Positions 21,164-33,354 of a DNA stretch of 34,487 nucleotides are shown one piece after another. The DNA comes from Octopus bimaculoides (lineage: Eukaryota), in the NCBI RefSeq assembly GCF_001194135.2, contig NC_068984.1, positions 9,302,339-9,336,825 on the forward strand, in the 5' to 3' direction. The translations under genes were made by a program, and so were the position numbers. How positions within the stretch are numbered: the first letter of the stretch is position 1; every line of letters starts with the position of its first letter. The notes under the pieces are model-generated. The model had not been told where the DNA came from and did no database searches. It saw only the letters and a list, made by a program, of their open reading frames with translations.

Positions 21164-21203
21164 ATTTCAATATTTCGGGGTTATGACCTCTTCTTCAGGA
21201 AAT
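21164..21203 (-). ncRNA. Minimal (type I) hammerhead ribozyme motif with intact core
   Basis: Minus-strand RNA: AUUUC-CUGAAGA-A-GAGGU-caua-ACCCC-GAAA-U-AUU-GAAAU. Stem I 5 bp; all core nucleotides present; stem II 4 of 5 bp; palindromic stem III AAUAUU; NUH triplet AUU. Confidence 0.65.
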
Positions 21204-21604
21204 CTTCGGAGATTTGGAATGGTGAGCTGACATCTCTGCTCTGTAATCAATGTATATAAATGTTAATGTAATATATGGGTACGTGTGCGTGCCTCTGTGT
21301 TTGTGTCTCTGTCTCTATCTGTTTGTGCGTGCGTGCGCGTGCGTGCGCGCAGGCGCGCGTGCGTGTGCATGTGGTTGTGTCTGTGCACACGTTTTGATGG
21401 TCGAATTTAAGTAACTTTTTCCTTCACAAACCTTGAGCTATTCGCTAGCAAAATGACATGGTCCTTTTTATACGAAGACAGCTCTTGGAGCTTGGTAGGT
21501 ATGAAATTACTTAGTATGCGCTACATGCATGCGTGTGTATGTATAATATATGTATGCATGTATATATGTGCGTGTGTATCTGTCTCTCTCTCTCTCTCTC
21601 TCTC

Positions 21605-21670
<66 letters not shown>

Positions 21671-21698
21671 TATACATATATAGACATATACATATATA

Positions 21699-21744
21699 GG
21701 CGCAGGATTGGCTGTGTGGTAAGTAGCTTGTTTACCAACCACAT
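21699..21744 (+). mobile_element. SINE family A head fragment
   Basis: ggcgcaggattggctgtgtggtaagtagcttgtttaccaaccacat, embedded in microsatellite. Confidence 0.75.
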
Positions 21745-21746
21745 AG

Positions 21747-21799
<53 letters not shown>

Positions 21800-22106
21800 T
21801 GATACATACATACAAACATACATACATACATATGTAAACGATCAAGGTGTAGGAAGTTAGTGAGCTTCAAACAATTCATAGAAGATTAAAAAAACAACTT
21901 TCAGGAACAACAGACGTTTATTAAGGCAGAAGGTTGTTAATTTTTCCCATATCGAAGTACGATATGGTGAAAAAAGTTAATCTTATACTTCACGATTAGA
22001 AACAGGGGTTTTTTGTATATGCGAATAAATTTACTACTTCCGAGGTTCCGCTAACTATGAAACATATGTAGGGTGCATTTTATTTACTCCATTCCCAAAT
22101 AATTGA

Positions 22107-22142
<36 letters not shown>

Positions 22143-23233
22143 NNNNNNNNNNNNNNNNNNNNNNNNNNNNNNNNNNNNNNNNNNNNNNNNNNNNNNNNNN
22201 NNNNNNNNNNNNNNNNNNNNNNNNNNNNNNNNNNNNNNNNNNNNNNNNNNNNNNNNNNNNNNNNNNNNNNNNNNNNNNNNNNNNNNNNNNNNNNNNNNNN
22301 NNNNNNNNNNNNNNNNNNNNNNNNNNNNNNNNNNNNNNNNNNNNNNNNNNNNNNNNNNNNNNNNNNNNNNNNNNNNNNNNNNNNNNNNNNNNNNNNNNNN
22401 NNNNNNNNNNNNNNNNNNNNNNNNNNNNNNNNNNNNNNNNNNNNNNNNNNNNNNNNNNNNNNNNNNNNNNNNNNNNNNNNNNNNNNNNNNNNNNNNNNNN
22501 NNNNNNNNNNNNNNNNNNNNNNNNNNNNNNNNNNNNNNNNNNNNNNNNNNNNNNNNNNNNNNNNNNNNNNNNNNNNNNNNNNNNNNNNNNNNNNNNNNNN
22601 NNNNNNNNNNNNNNNNNNNNNNNNNNNNNNNNNNNNNNNNNNNNNNNNNNNNNNNNNNNNNNNNNNNNNNNNNNNNNNNNNNNNNNNNNNNNNNNNNNNN
22701 NNNNNNNNNNNNNNNNNNNNNNNNNNNNNNNNNNNNNNNNNNNNNNNNNNNNNNNNNNNNNNNNNNNNNNNNNNNNNNNNNNNNNNNNNNNNNNNNNNNN
22801 NNNNNNNNNNNNNNNNNNNNNNNNNNNNNNNNNNNNNNNNNNNNNNNNNNNNNNNNNNNNNNNNNNNNNNNNNNNNNNNNNNNNNNNNNNNNNNNNNNNN
22901 NNNNNNNNNNNNNNNNNNNNNNNNNNNNNNNNNNNNNNNNNNNNNNNNNNNNNNNNNNNNNNNNNNNNNNNNNNNNNNNNNNNNNNNNNNNNNNNNNNNN
23001 NNNNNNNNNNNNNNNNNNNNNNNNNNNNNNNNNNNNNNNNNNNNNNNNNNNNNNNNNNNNNNNNNNNNNNNNNNNNNNNNNNNNNNNNNNNNNNNNNNNN
23101 NNNNNNNNNNNNATATATATATATATATATACCTGTATACCTCTCTTTTTATAAACATACATATACATATATATATACACGCACACACGTATACACAAAT
23201 TGATGTATTCATAATAAAGTTTTCTAATTAGGA

Positions 23234-23443
23234 AACAAGGCTAGAAATTTAGAAGATTTAGTTTAAGTCGACACCATCAACCCCAGGTCATGGCTGGTAC
23301 ATTAAGCTTTTTCAATCCTGAAAGATGCAATTATAGTCGTTCACAACTGACATGCGTGGCGACTGAGCTCAGAAGAGAAAAAACTGAAAGAAATGCTGCA
23401 GAGTATCTTTTCGACGCTCTATCGATTCTGCCAATCCACCGCC
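23234..23443 (-). mobile_element. SINE family B-related, highly diverged
   Basis: Head cgacgctctatcgattctgccaatccaccgcc and body remnants (aagtcgac..accccag..ctggtac..tcctgaaag). Confidence 0.55.
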
Positions 23444-23487
23444 ATTGTCATATAAGTAATAAGGAAGTTCATTCTTATTAAATCACT

Positions 23488-23493
23488 TTGTTG

Positions 23494-23533
<40 letters not shown>

Positions 23534-23534
23534 G
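23488..23534. repeat. (TTG)n microsatellite
   Basis: Directly visible. Confidence 0.95.
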
Positions 23535-23865
23535 CCCTTGTTGTTGATGTCTGTGTTGTTATGTAGTTAGGATGTTTTCTCTTACGTACATCCTGGCCGC
23601 AGACGAAAACCAAGTCATGTGAGGCAGCCGACATACTTAGACAGGCTATAAAATCTCAACAAAATGTCGGACTAAATTTACTTTCCTCTCGGTGGCTTCC
23701 TCTTTTTACTATTCCAATAGTTCTTCAAATTTACATACACACACACTCACACTTTCTTTCTTACTCTTTCTTCCTTTCTCTCTCTCCCTCTCTTTCTCTG
23801 TTGATGTATTTATCTATTTTTCCCTTTATTATTTTTCTCCTTTTCTGTATACGTCTCTTTTTATA

Positions 23866-23899
<34 letters not shown>

Positions 23900-25105
23900 T
23901 GTATAGATAGATAGATAGATAGATACCTAAATATATATACACACATANNNNNNNNNNNNNNNNNNNNNNNNNNNNNNNNNNNNNNNNNNNNNNNNNNNNN
24001 NNNNNNNNNNNNNNNNNNNNNNNNNNNNNNNNNNNNNNNNNNNNNNNNNNNNNNNNNNNNNNNNNNNNNNNNNNNNNNNNNNNNNNNNNNNNNNNNNNNN
24101 NNNNNNNNNNNNNNNNNNNNNNNNNNNNNNNNNNNNNNNNNNNNNNNNNNNNNNNNNNNNNNNNNNNNNNNNNNNNNNNNNNNNNNNNNNNNNNNNNNNN
24201 NNNNNNNNNNNNNNNNNNNNNNNNNNNNNNNNNNNNNNNNNNNNNNNNNNNNNNNNNNNNNNNNNNNNNNNNNNNNNNNNNNNNNNNNNNNNNNNNNNNN
24301 NNNNNNNNNNNNNNNNNNNNNNNNNNNNNNNNNNNNNNNNNNNNNNNNNNNNNNNNNNNNNNNNNNNNNNNNNNNNNNNNNNNNNNNNNNNNNNNNNNNN
24401 NNNNNNNNNNNNNNNNNNNNNNNNNNNNNNNNNNNNNNNNNNNNNNNNNNNNNNNNNNNNNNNNNNNNNNNNNNNNNNGCATACACTTATACACATACAT
24501 ACACACATGCATACATACATACATACATACATACAGATACATACACACATACATACATACATACATTCACACATTCATACACACATACATACATACATAC
24601 ATGCATAAAAACATACACACACATACATACACATATACACACATACACATACATACACACATACATACACACACATACACACATACATACACACATACAT
24701 ACATATACATATTCATACACACATACGCACATGCATACATTCACACACACACACATACATATATATACATACAGACATACATACATTTTCTCGTTCTATT
24801 GATAAATTAAGGCAAGGATATTTATTTCCAATTTTTTCATTTACATTATTTACAATTTATCCCTTTGCTTACAACTTACCCAGCTTCTATTTCCTATTAT
24901 CGTTCTCTCCTTCTCTCTCTCCCTCTCCCTCTCTCTCTCTCTCTCTCACTCATCTCTCTCCCTCTAACCTCTATTTATCGATTTATTTCTCTGTTATTCT
25001 CTCCTTTTTATCTATTTTTTAATTTCACTATTTATCATTTCAACACCTTTCACCGATATACACACAAACACACACACACTCTCTCTCTCTCCCTCTCTCT
25101 CTCCT

Positions 25106-25147
<42 letters not shown>

Positions 25148-25856
25148 TCTCTCTCGTTTTCCCTCTCATTATTTCTTCCTCTTCAATTTCTCCCTCTTTC
25201 TTTCTCTTGCTATCTCCAACCTTATATTCCTCTCATGTCTCCCCCCACCCCCACCTCCGCTTCGTTTTATTTATCTTTTATTTCACAATTAATCCTTATA
25301 TTCTCTTTGCGCGAAAATTCTTCAATATCGAACAATTTATAAAAGACAAACATCTTCGGAACGAAATTTATAAGCAACCATTTTATAGACGTCTGACTCA
25401 TTACCACTGCTGTTTCTTTCTAAAAACTACCAGCCAGCAAGCTGCACTATAAAACTTTGCAACTAGCTATGCAATAACTAACAGCCAATTGCACTAAACC
25501 TCAACATTAGTCATGTAATAACTAGTTATCAGCAACATTCTTTGATTTCCATTCTTAACAACTCATGCGCGCGCATCATCGGGATGGTTCTGTTATTTGT
25601 GTTTATTTGATATTTTTTCATTTTGTTTTGTTTTTTCATTTTTGTTTCTTTCATTTTATTTCCCTCGCAGTTACAACTTCTAAAATATAATTATTGTTAA
25701 ATTAAAGTAAAAATATTTTGGGGATCTCTTTTTTTTTTTTTCTTTTTTGGTGGGTGTGGGTTTATAACTTTACCTCAGCACGCTCTTAATAGTATTTTCT
25801 TTCCATTTAGATATTAAACTTTATTTATGTTTTTTTATTTATTTTTATTATTATTT

Positions 25857-26183
25857 CGGTTACTGCCTCGTAGCAAGTCTGTTGAAAGGTGGGCGAATGT
25901 TGGAAGAATAGCCAGTCTAAAAGGACCAATTCTCAGCGTGCACCTGTAAAAAACAGAAAGAGAAGGGCTCTTGTCCTGTTGTTCAGGCACCCGTGGCTTT
26001 TGTGAGGTTTTCCACGAGGACCTTAAAGCGCATCCCCTATTGGGAGTTTAATTACCTTCCACTTTTTTTGTTATTACATTGTATACACGCGAAATCCATT
26101 GTATCGTCCTATTTTTGTCTTTTTTGTTGTTGCATGTTTTATATGTTAAATGTGAGCCCTTGTGGCCAATAAAATAATTTATA
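25857..26183 (+). mobile_element. 5'-truncated L1/Tx1-like LINE 3' end
   Basis: RLLPRSKSVERWANVGRIASLKGPILSVHL* (TAA 25947-49) is homologous to the 2635-2830 peptide. The 3' UTR ends agcccttgtggccaataaa. Possible 15-bp TSD ATTTTTATTATTATT at 25841-55 and 26184-98 (low complexity). Confidence 0.65.
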
Positions 26184-26184
26184 A

Positions 26185-26187
<3 letters not shown>

Positions 26188-26242
<55 letters not shown>

Positions 26243-26267
26243 TATTATTATTATTATTATTATTATT
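26188..26267. repeat. (ATT)n microsatellite
   Basis: Directly visible. Confidence 0.95.
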
Positions 26268-26640
26268 GAGTGAGNNNNNNNNNNNNNNNNNNNNNNNNNN
26301 NNNNNNNNNNNNNNNNNNNNNNNNNNNNNNNNNNNNNNNNNNNNNNNNNNNNNNNNNNNNNNNNNNNNNNNNNNNTAAAATATACGAAGCTTATTATACC
26401 CATCATGACTACCCGTCTAATAAGGGTACATCAGGCACATGCATCACAACCATATGTGCGCGACATAGTGGTCTCATATCAAGATAAACAGTGCATGACC
26501 TTGCAGGTGGGGCCCAGTTAGAATTTTCTTCAGGTCGAGTAGCTCATCCCGCTCAAAAGGTCCCTGAATAAAGTTTGTTTAAGGGTGTTGAGCAAAACAC
26601 CCATGTTTCCAAAGGTGAATTATTCAAACCCCAAAGAATT
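26268..26640 (-). mobile_element. Putative non-LTR retrotransposon 3' UTR with (AAT)n tail, unclassified
   Basis: GC-richer block whose minus-strand 3' end (..ctcactc) runs into (AAT)n; interrupted by a 101-N gap. No coding motif seen; recognised only as a recurrent octopus-type repeat. Confidence 0.4.
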
Positions 26641-28416
26641 CATGGAAAGATACTTTTGGCTGCACTAGTCTGGTGTGGGTCACACAATACCTGAATAAAA
26701 TGGGCAGCCATCGTTGGAATATTTTTGAACATGATTCAGCTGCAACAGCACTAATATAGGTCTGAAAACAACAATAATCGTTATAATAATAAACAAATTC
26801 GGCGGAAACAGAAAATCAACGTGTATTTCCTGTTTCAAATGACGCTAAAGTTCTAAGACTTCATGTCCTCTTTAAAAATCAATTTTTATTTAGAAAATAT
26901 GTTTTGAGAAGAAAATCTTTTCTACAATAGACATTTGTTCAGTCTAGCATATACTGTAAACAGAAGCTAGGTAGATAAATAAATAGTCGAGAAGAGATAG
27001 AAAATATATAACAAAAGATACTTTTTGTCGTTTTTTTTAAATATTTTTCTTGGTTTTTTCATTTTAAGAAAGGAAATAGTCGAAAAAGCCAATTGTGTAA
27101 GATATATTTAAATAAAAGATATTGAAAATATTAAAGTGAAATTTGATAGACGGAAATTGTTCAGAAGCTCGTAATGTAAATACGTGTCTGAATGTGTGCA
27201 TGAATATAAGTGTTGTGTGTGCATGTGGGTGCGTAAATGTATGCATGTGTGTATGTATATACGTATGTACGAGTATATATATGGAGATAAATGTGTATAT
27301 ATATGCACGTCTCTCTCTCTCTCTCTCTCTCTCTCTANNNNNNNNNNNNNNNNNNNNNNNNNNNNNNNNNNNNNNNNNNNNNNNNNNNNNNNNNNNNNNN
27401 NNNNNNNNNNNNNNNNNNNNNNNNNNNNNNNNNNNNNNNNNNNNNNNNNNNNNNNNNNNNNNNNNNNNNNNNNNNNNNNNNNNNNNNNNNNNNNNNNNNN
27501 NNNNNNNNNNNNNNNNNNNNNNNNNNNNNNNNNNNNNNNNNNNNNNNNNNNNNNNNNNNNNNNNNNNNNNNNNNNNNNNNNNNNNNNNNNNNNNNNNNNN
27601 NNNNNNNNNNNNNNNNNNNNNNNNNNNNNNNNNNNNNNNNNNNNNNNNNNNNNNNNNNNNNNNNNNNNNNNNNNNNNNNNNNNNNNNNNNTATGTATGTA
27701 TGTATGTATGTATGTATGTATGTATACTTGAATACTTATACACATGTGCTTATATTCTTAAACCCACATACAGATACACACATATATACATATTAAAACA
27801 TATATTAATAAAATCTATTAATTAAATATTTTGAAAATAATCGTATACGTAAAAATATAATTCTGTGTAAATATGTATATGTATATATATATATATATAT
27901 AATTGTGTATATCTGTATAAATGTTTACCTCTGCACAGACGCATGTAAGATGAACGCCCGCGCACACACTCATTTAAAAAAAAAACTAATTCAAAAGTAT
28001 TAACTAAAACTATTATTTAAAAGTATTATTTTAGAGCATTGCTTAAGCAGTCATGTAATTTCATTACTTAGACTGTCTCGAGTTTCTGCTGCTTATAATA
28101 ATACTACAACAAGAACCAGAAATGAAATCAAAAGCGAGGGCTTGAAGCAGCCATTTTCGCACGGATCGTTAACAAAAGTTTTTAAACGAAGGAACATAAA
28201 GATAAGAGTTTTCTTCAAACTTTCATTTTATATTCTAAAGAATATTCATGCAGTGGATATTGAAAAGGAAACCAAGCTCCGTTTACCAGTTGGTGATCGA
28301 AAACGACCAAATCTGAATACTGAAAATCTAAGCCTTTCAGTTATAATGAATGAAAATATACTCTAAATTTGTATTGAGTCCTATAAGTTATCGCTCCTGA
28401 TGAATCATCTGAGATT

Positions 28417-28462
<46 letters not shown>

Positions 28463-29536
28463 ACTTCACCCCCCAACCCCCAGTGAAATCAGAACAGCGG
28501 ATATGGAAGTATTTTTATTGAAATGTTTGCAATATCTATCACGTTTGTGAGTTTGTTTTCAGTAATAAAGCGACATAAAAGCTAAATCTTAATTTTTTTT
28601 TTCTATTTCAACCAGCAGGATTTTATATCGAAGCTAAACGGACTTTTCACATTATTATTATTATTATTATGTATCAATATTGACCCATATCTACCTGTAA
28701 CAAAATAACTTGGCATCAAGCCAATACTAATCGACTTTTATATCGATTAGTAACCGTTTTATTTCTCTCGTTCTTCCTGCTAAACAAGCTATCATTAAAA
28801 CCTCGAACGGCGTCTACAGTCTTGAAATTTTCAGGTAATATTTTCCTAAAATCAAAATGTCATCTATGATAGATTGATAGAGCGTCTATTAAAAAAAAAA
28901 GGGAAAAGAATCAAATTAGTTGCAGTTTCGAGACAATTTCCATTTTAATTACCAAGTATTTTCCTGAACATATAAGATTCTTGGTGATTAATTACGATAG
29001 TCATTGCGCTGAGGCTACAAATATTTAATGACTACGGAGATGTGTAGACAGTGACTATATCAATGTAGATTTCTCTGGCAAGTCGTTCCTTTCATCTTGA
29101 CATCAAAACGTTACTTTATCTCTCCAATAAAGGGCGATTTATAGTCATGTTTTGTGAAGATACCATACTAAAATGTCCGTTTAATTCTACAAGGTTTGAC
29201 CTTTCCGCTTTGAAAGCTCTACATTTTAGATCGTCTGTCGTGTGATTTTAAATCTGAAATGAAGCTAAGTATTATAATGCTCACTTAATTTCCCAGATAT
29301 ATGTTTATTTATTTATTTATATACTTAATTATTTGTTTATTTTGTGATGTGAAAATTTCAAATGAAAACCTTTTATCGTTTATCTTTTATTTTTTCTTTA
29401 TTTAACTTGTTTCAGGCTGGAATACGAAAGTCTACGTTGAATTCTAAACAAGCCAGTAGCAGTCGCACATATATTTGTGTACACACACATTGTGATAAAC
29501 AGACAGACAGACATACAGACAGACAGACAGACAGAC

Positions 29537-29581
<45 letters not shown>

Positions 29582-29792
29582 TGGATGATATATGGTAATC
29601 CTCTATACGTATTGCTCCATAGCACGTGTGCTTGAAAAGCTGCAAATATGGAAAGCGCTTAACACAATAGGAAAACTTCAACCAAAATGAATCGTGTCAT
29701 TCTGTTGTTTTTGTTTTGTTTCGCTTTGTTTATATCGAGGCTTTGTATTTGATTAGATTTTTTTTAAGAAAAGAGTCACAGAGAGAGATACG

Positions 29793-29863
<71 letters not shown>
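29793..29863. repeat. (TG)n microsatellite
   Basis: Directly visible. Others at 14849-14888, 17524-17551, 28419-28458 (CA) and 32187-32236. Confidence 0.95.
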
Positions 29864-29864
<1 letters not shown>

Positions 29865-30427
29865 TAGGAATGTTGGAATTTGTCTCTTTGTTTTCTTTGA
29901 GTTCGGTTCAATCGTCCAATATACTGATTATTAAATCGAAACCAAATAATGACATACATACTGACAACATTAATTGACTGATATTTATTTCTCCGTCTGT
30001 GCTAACAAACATGATGGAGTGTATTTACACATTAATACTTTGGCAAGGTACGACAAAAATAAATACGTAGACTTCACACATAAACTTTAAAAGAACGATG
30101 AAAGAAGTCTGGAAGTCTGAAGTAGTTTTCGGTATTTAACGATGGAAATATTAGTTATCAATCAATATTCTATTTTCTTTTATCGATCATCTGAACATAC
30201 TTTACCTTGTTGATATTTTAAAATTAAATGTGGGTTTTTTTTTCTTTACTTACAAAAATGCAACTTGACACTCAGCGAATGTTTGTTGTCAAAAGTAGAT
30301 GAAAGAGACTTCGCTTACTCAGGAAGAGAAAGAAATATGCTGTCTGTGTCAAGCTAATAAGGCAATGTCTTTTCTCTTCTGTAAATGGAGATAAACCTAT
30401 TTCAAACACAGAACTAAATATGCGGTA

Positions 30428-30626
30428 ACAAGCAATCCTGATATCTGGGGGAGGATGATTGATCGATTACATCGACTTTAGTACTCAACTGGTACTAAAT
30501 TGATCGACTCCGAAAGGATGAAAGGCAAAGTCGATCTCGGCGAAATTAGAACTCAGAACGTAGCAGCAGACGAAATACCGCCGAGCATTTCGCCCAGCGT
30601 GCTTACGATGCCGCCAGCTCGCTGCC
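30428..30626 (-). mobile_element. SINE family B, full length, tail 2-like
   Basis: Reverse-complement head ggcagcgagctggcggcatcgtaagcacg, B-box GAGTTCTAATTTC, body gactttgcctttcatcctttcggagtcgat. Confidence 0.85.
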
Positions 30627-32159
30627 TTATGTGGTAAGAAAAATGATATTTCAATACGTGTTGTATCCTGGTGGCCGTTTAGTGTAAGGGAGATAATAAT
30701 TTCTAGATAAATCATTTCTAAATTAGAAGTTTCTGTTCTAAATCTAAGAACAAAAAGACGCATAAAATAAGCACATTTCTTTATTCCTTTTTGCTTCCTC
30801 ATTACAAAGATCTTAACATTTTTAGTTATAGGTAATCCTGTGCAATACAATTTCATTCTTATTATATTCGATATTTTTTCGGTAAGTACGAAAGGCATGT
30901 TTCACAATTATTATAAGCCTAAATTTGACAGTAGTCCCCGAAGCTGCAATGTAAGAAGTAACAATATACAAATACATGAGGTAAAAGACAATCATTGTCA
31001 TTGAATTGTTTAAGAATTAAATAATTCTAATTTACTATTAGCTTTGATATTCAATTCCACTAAGCAGTCGATACGCTCCAAACCAGACTCCAAAACTATC
31101 GGCAATATCAACGATCAGCCATATTAATTTGAAGGTTACGTAATCACTGACACAACACAAGCATTCTTCTAAGACACAATACCAGGAATTTATACAAAGT
31201 TAGAATTTGGTTGAAATTTTCATGTCTCCCTCAAGCTTGATGGCCGTTCATGTCTCTTCGGCGAATGACGGTTCAGCAATGCACAGCTGCAGAGTGAAAG
31301 GTAATGGAAAACAACCATCATCTTTAACCGTTTGCATGGTCAAAGTTGAAGACCCAGTAGCATCTTCTACCTGTACCCGTCGCTTCTTTCCCTATTGCCA
31401 TTGGATTTATTAACAAAGTGTGATAGTCCTGGAGTCTTGGTTTGTTGAATAACCTACACAATGAATATCATTATAAGGTGCTTAGTTTGTGCCGAGCCAT
31501 TGGTGTGTGCTTGGTTTGTGCCGAGCTATTCCCACTCTGTTGTTCAACAGCCCAGTGGATATCAGGATGCAGGTTTTGTATGGCGTTACCTTCTTTTAGG
31601 CGAAGTGCCACATCTCACTTAGATTCGTTGGGTAGAGTGTCTTCCTCAGGGGTACTAGTTTCGCAAATGAAAACGAACTTGCCTCTTCAAAGAATCGCAA
31701 TACGCTCGCGGACTTGGCTTGGCAAGATCTTACTAAATTACAATACTACCCTAACTAAAACTACGATACAAGCACTCTTAGTTAAAGAACGAACAAAGAT
31801 CAGCGTCTCATAAAGTCTATATTCTAATATCTACCCATCATGAAAAATCGATAATTTTAAATAGAAATGAAAGCTTGTCGGTACATAAATCGCTTCTCTT
31901 TTTATCTTCTTTAATTGTAGTCATGAGATTGCACAGCGAAAACCAGTCTCAGTGTGGTACTAGCTTAGAGTTTTATTTCTTTCAACAGATTAAAAACTGA
32001 TTGTTGCTGACAATGCTGAAACATTAATTCACGAATTATAGTCACGTAGTCACATGTAGACGAAAAGACGGTTATCTAGCCTACAGAAAACATCCACAGT
32101 TACATATAAATATGTGTGTGAGAGCATGCGTCTGTGTGTGTATAAAAGGCATATGTATG

Positions 32160-32238
<79 letters not shown>

Positions 32239-32307
32239 CTTTTATATATATATATATATGTATATATATGTATGTATGTATATATATATAAGATGTACGT
32301 CTTGTTC

Positions 32308-32372
32308 GTCATTATATTGCAGCCGCATTGGGACATCGCCTTGAAGAATTTTAACGAATTGAAAAGTACTTA
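32308..32372 (-). mobile_element. SINE family A tail fragment (decayed)
   Basis: tgcagccgcattgggacatcgccttgaagaatttt resembles 8360-8396. Confidence 0.5.
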
Positions 32373-32416
32373 ATATATATTTATGCATACACACACACAC
32401 ATACACACACACACTC

Positions 32417-32447
<31 letters not shown>

Positions 32448-32620
32448 ATTTCTCTGATATCACTAATTCCTGAAGCAGAATGTCGATGACACCGATATTC
32501 CGATATCGCTGTCTGAAAAGTAACGCAAAGATCACAAAATTTACTTATCCTCTTCCGGCATACTCTGACCATAGTCAAAATCTGGTATGTGATTCACCAA
32601 CTAATTCCCCCATTCATCTC

Positions 32621-32685
32621 CGCACTAATCTTCCTCTACGCACTAATCTTCCTCCGCACTAATCTCCTTCGCACTAATCTTCCTC
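32621..32685. repeat. Minisatellite, 4 x 15-18 bp unit CGCACTAATCTTCCTC
   Basis: Units start at 32621, 32639, 32655 and 32670. Confidence 0.9.
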
Positions 32686-32954
32686 CCAACCCACTTTTAC
32701 CTCCCCTGAATGCCTCCTTCTAGAATTTACTCCCTGGTCATATCTTTTCTGTAGGTGTAGACCTACAAAGGTTCAAGAAGAGCGTTAATGCCATTAATCA
32801 CAACCATCGATGAGATTACTAAGCTCAAAGACCCTGTTCCATCTTTTAATTCCAGCAGCGCAAGAAAATACCCATAAAGCCTAAACATGAGGCATTTTAC
32901 CATTTTTATCACAGATAATATGTTAAAGGCAAAGATTCAGATGTGGAGTATTTT

Positions 32955-33331
32955 TAGGGACTGTTTAAGACCCATAGAAGCCCTAAACATTTCAAAGTCT
33001 TTGGTGCCCCATACAAATGTAATTAAAAATACAAACAACAATAAAACATGAAATGTTTTTTTTAATTTTCAAAATTAAACAAACCTAACAGTAAGATGGG
33101 AAATAATGGTCATTTTTGTATCCTTCCATTTTATTTATATTTGAAAAGTTTTCTCATACTTTGTTTAATTGCAAAGTTTTTGATCAGATCCTCACTATGG
33201 CATCATGAACACTGTGAAATTATATTTCTGATCATATAAACCACTTCAAATATCCTTTTATGAAGTTTAAGCTGATTTCTTTTGTGCCGTGAACCATTCA
33301 CCATTCCTGTTTTCCTTCCCTTAATGCCCTA
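32955..33331. mobile_element. Possible decayed hAT-like non-autonomous element
   Basis: Ends TAGGGACTGTTTAAG and CTTAATGCCCTA (imperfect IR); 8-bp flanks AGTATTTT and AGTACATA (5/8). Confidence 0.3.
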
Positions 33332-33354
33332 AGTACATACAATTTACATTATTT

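Larger units (their letters stand above)
1769..27690. other. Assembly gaps (12 N-runs)
   Basis: N runs at 1769-2415, 3355-3807, 9008-9197, 10613-10622, 14118-14757, 15307-15578, 20109-20118, 20941-21040, 22143-23112, 23948-24478, 26275-26375, 27338-27690. Most abut microsatellites. Confidence 0.99.

Noticed and set aside
31643-31663. Minus-strand GAAACUAGUA-CCC-CUGAGGA hammerhead-like words
   Set aside because: No room for stem I and no stem II pairing.
613-32578. Most ORFs in the supplied track ([27 protein letters not shown] and poly-X)
   Set aside because: They are translations of microsatellites or N-gaps that lack stop codons; no coding evidence.
32621-32685. Short repeat array as CRISPR-like
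   Set aside because: Units are contiguous with no unique spacers, the context is eukaryotic, and there are no cas genes.
33193-33217. CACTATG/CACAGTG Transib- or RSS-like heptamers
   Set aside because: The nearest nonamer-like TCAAAAACT is 27 nt away, not 12 or 23; no transposase or matching distal end.
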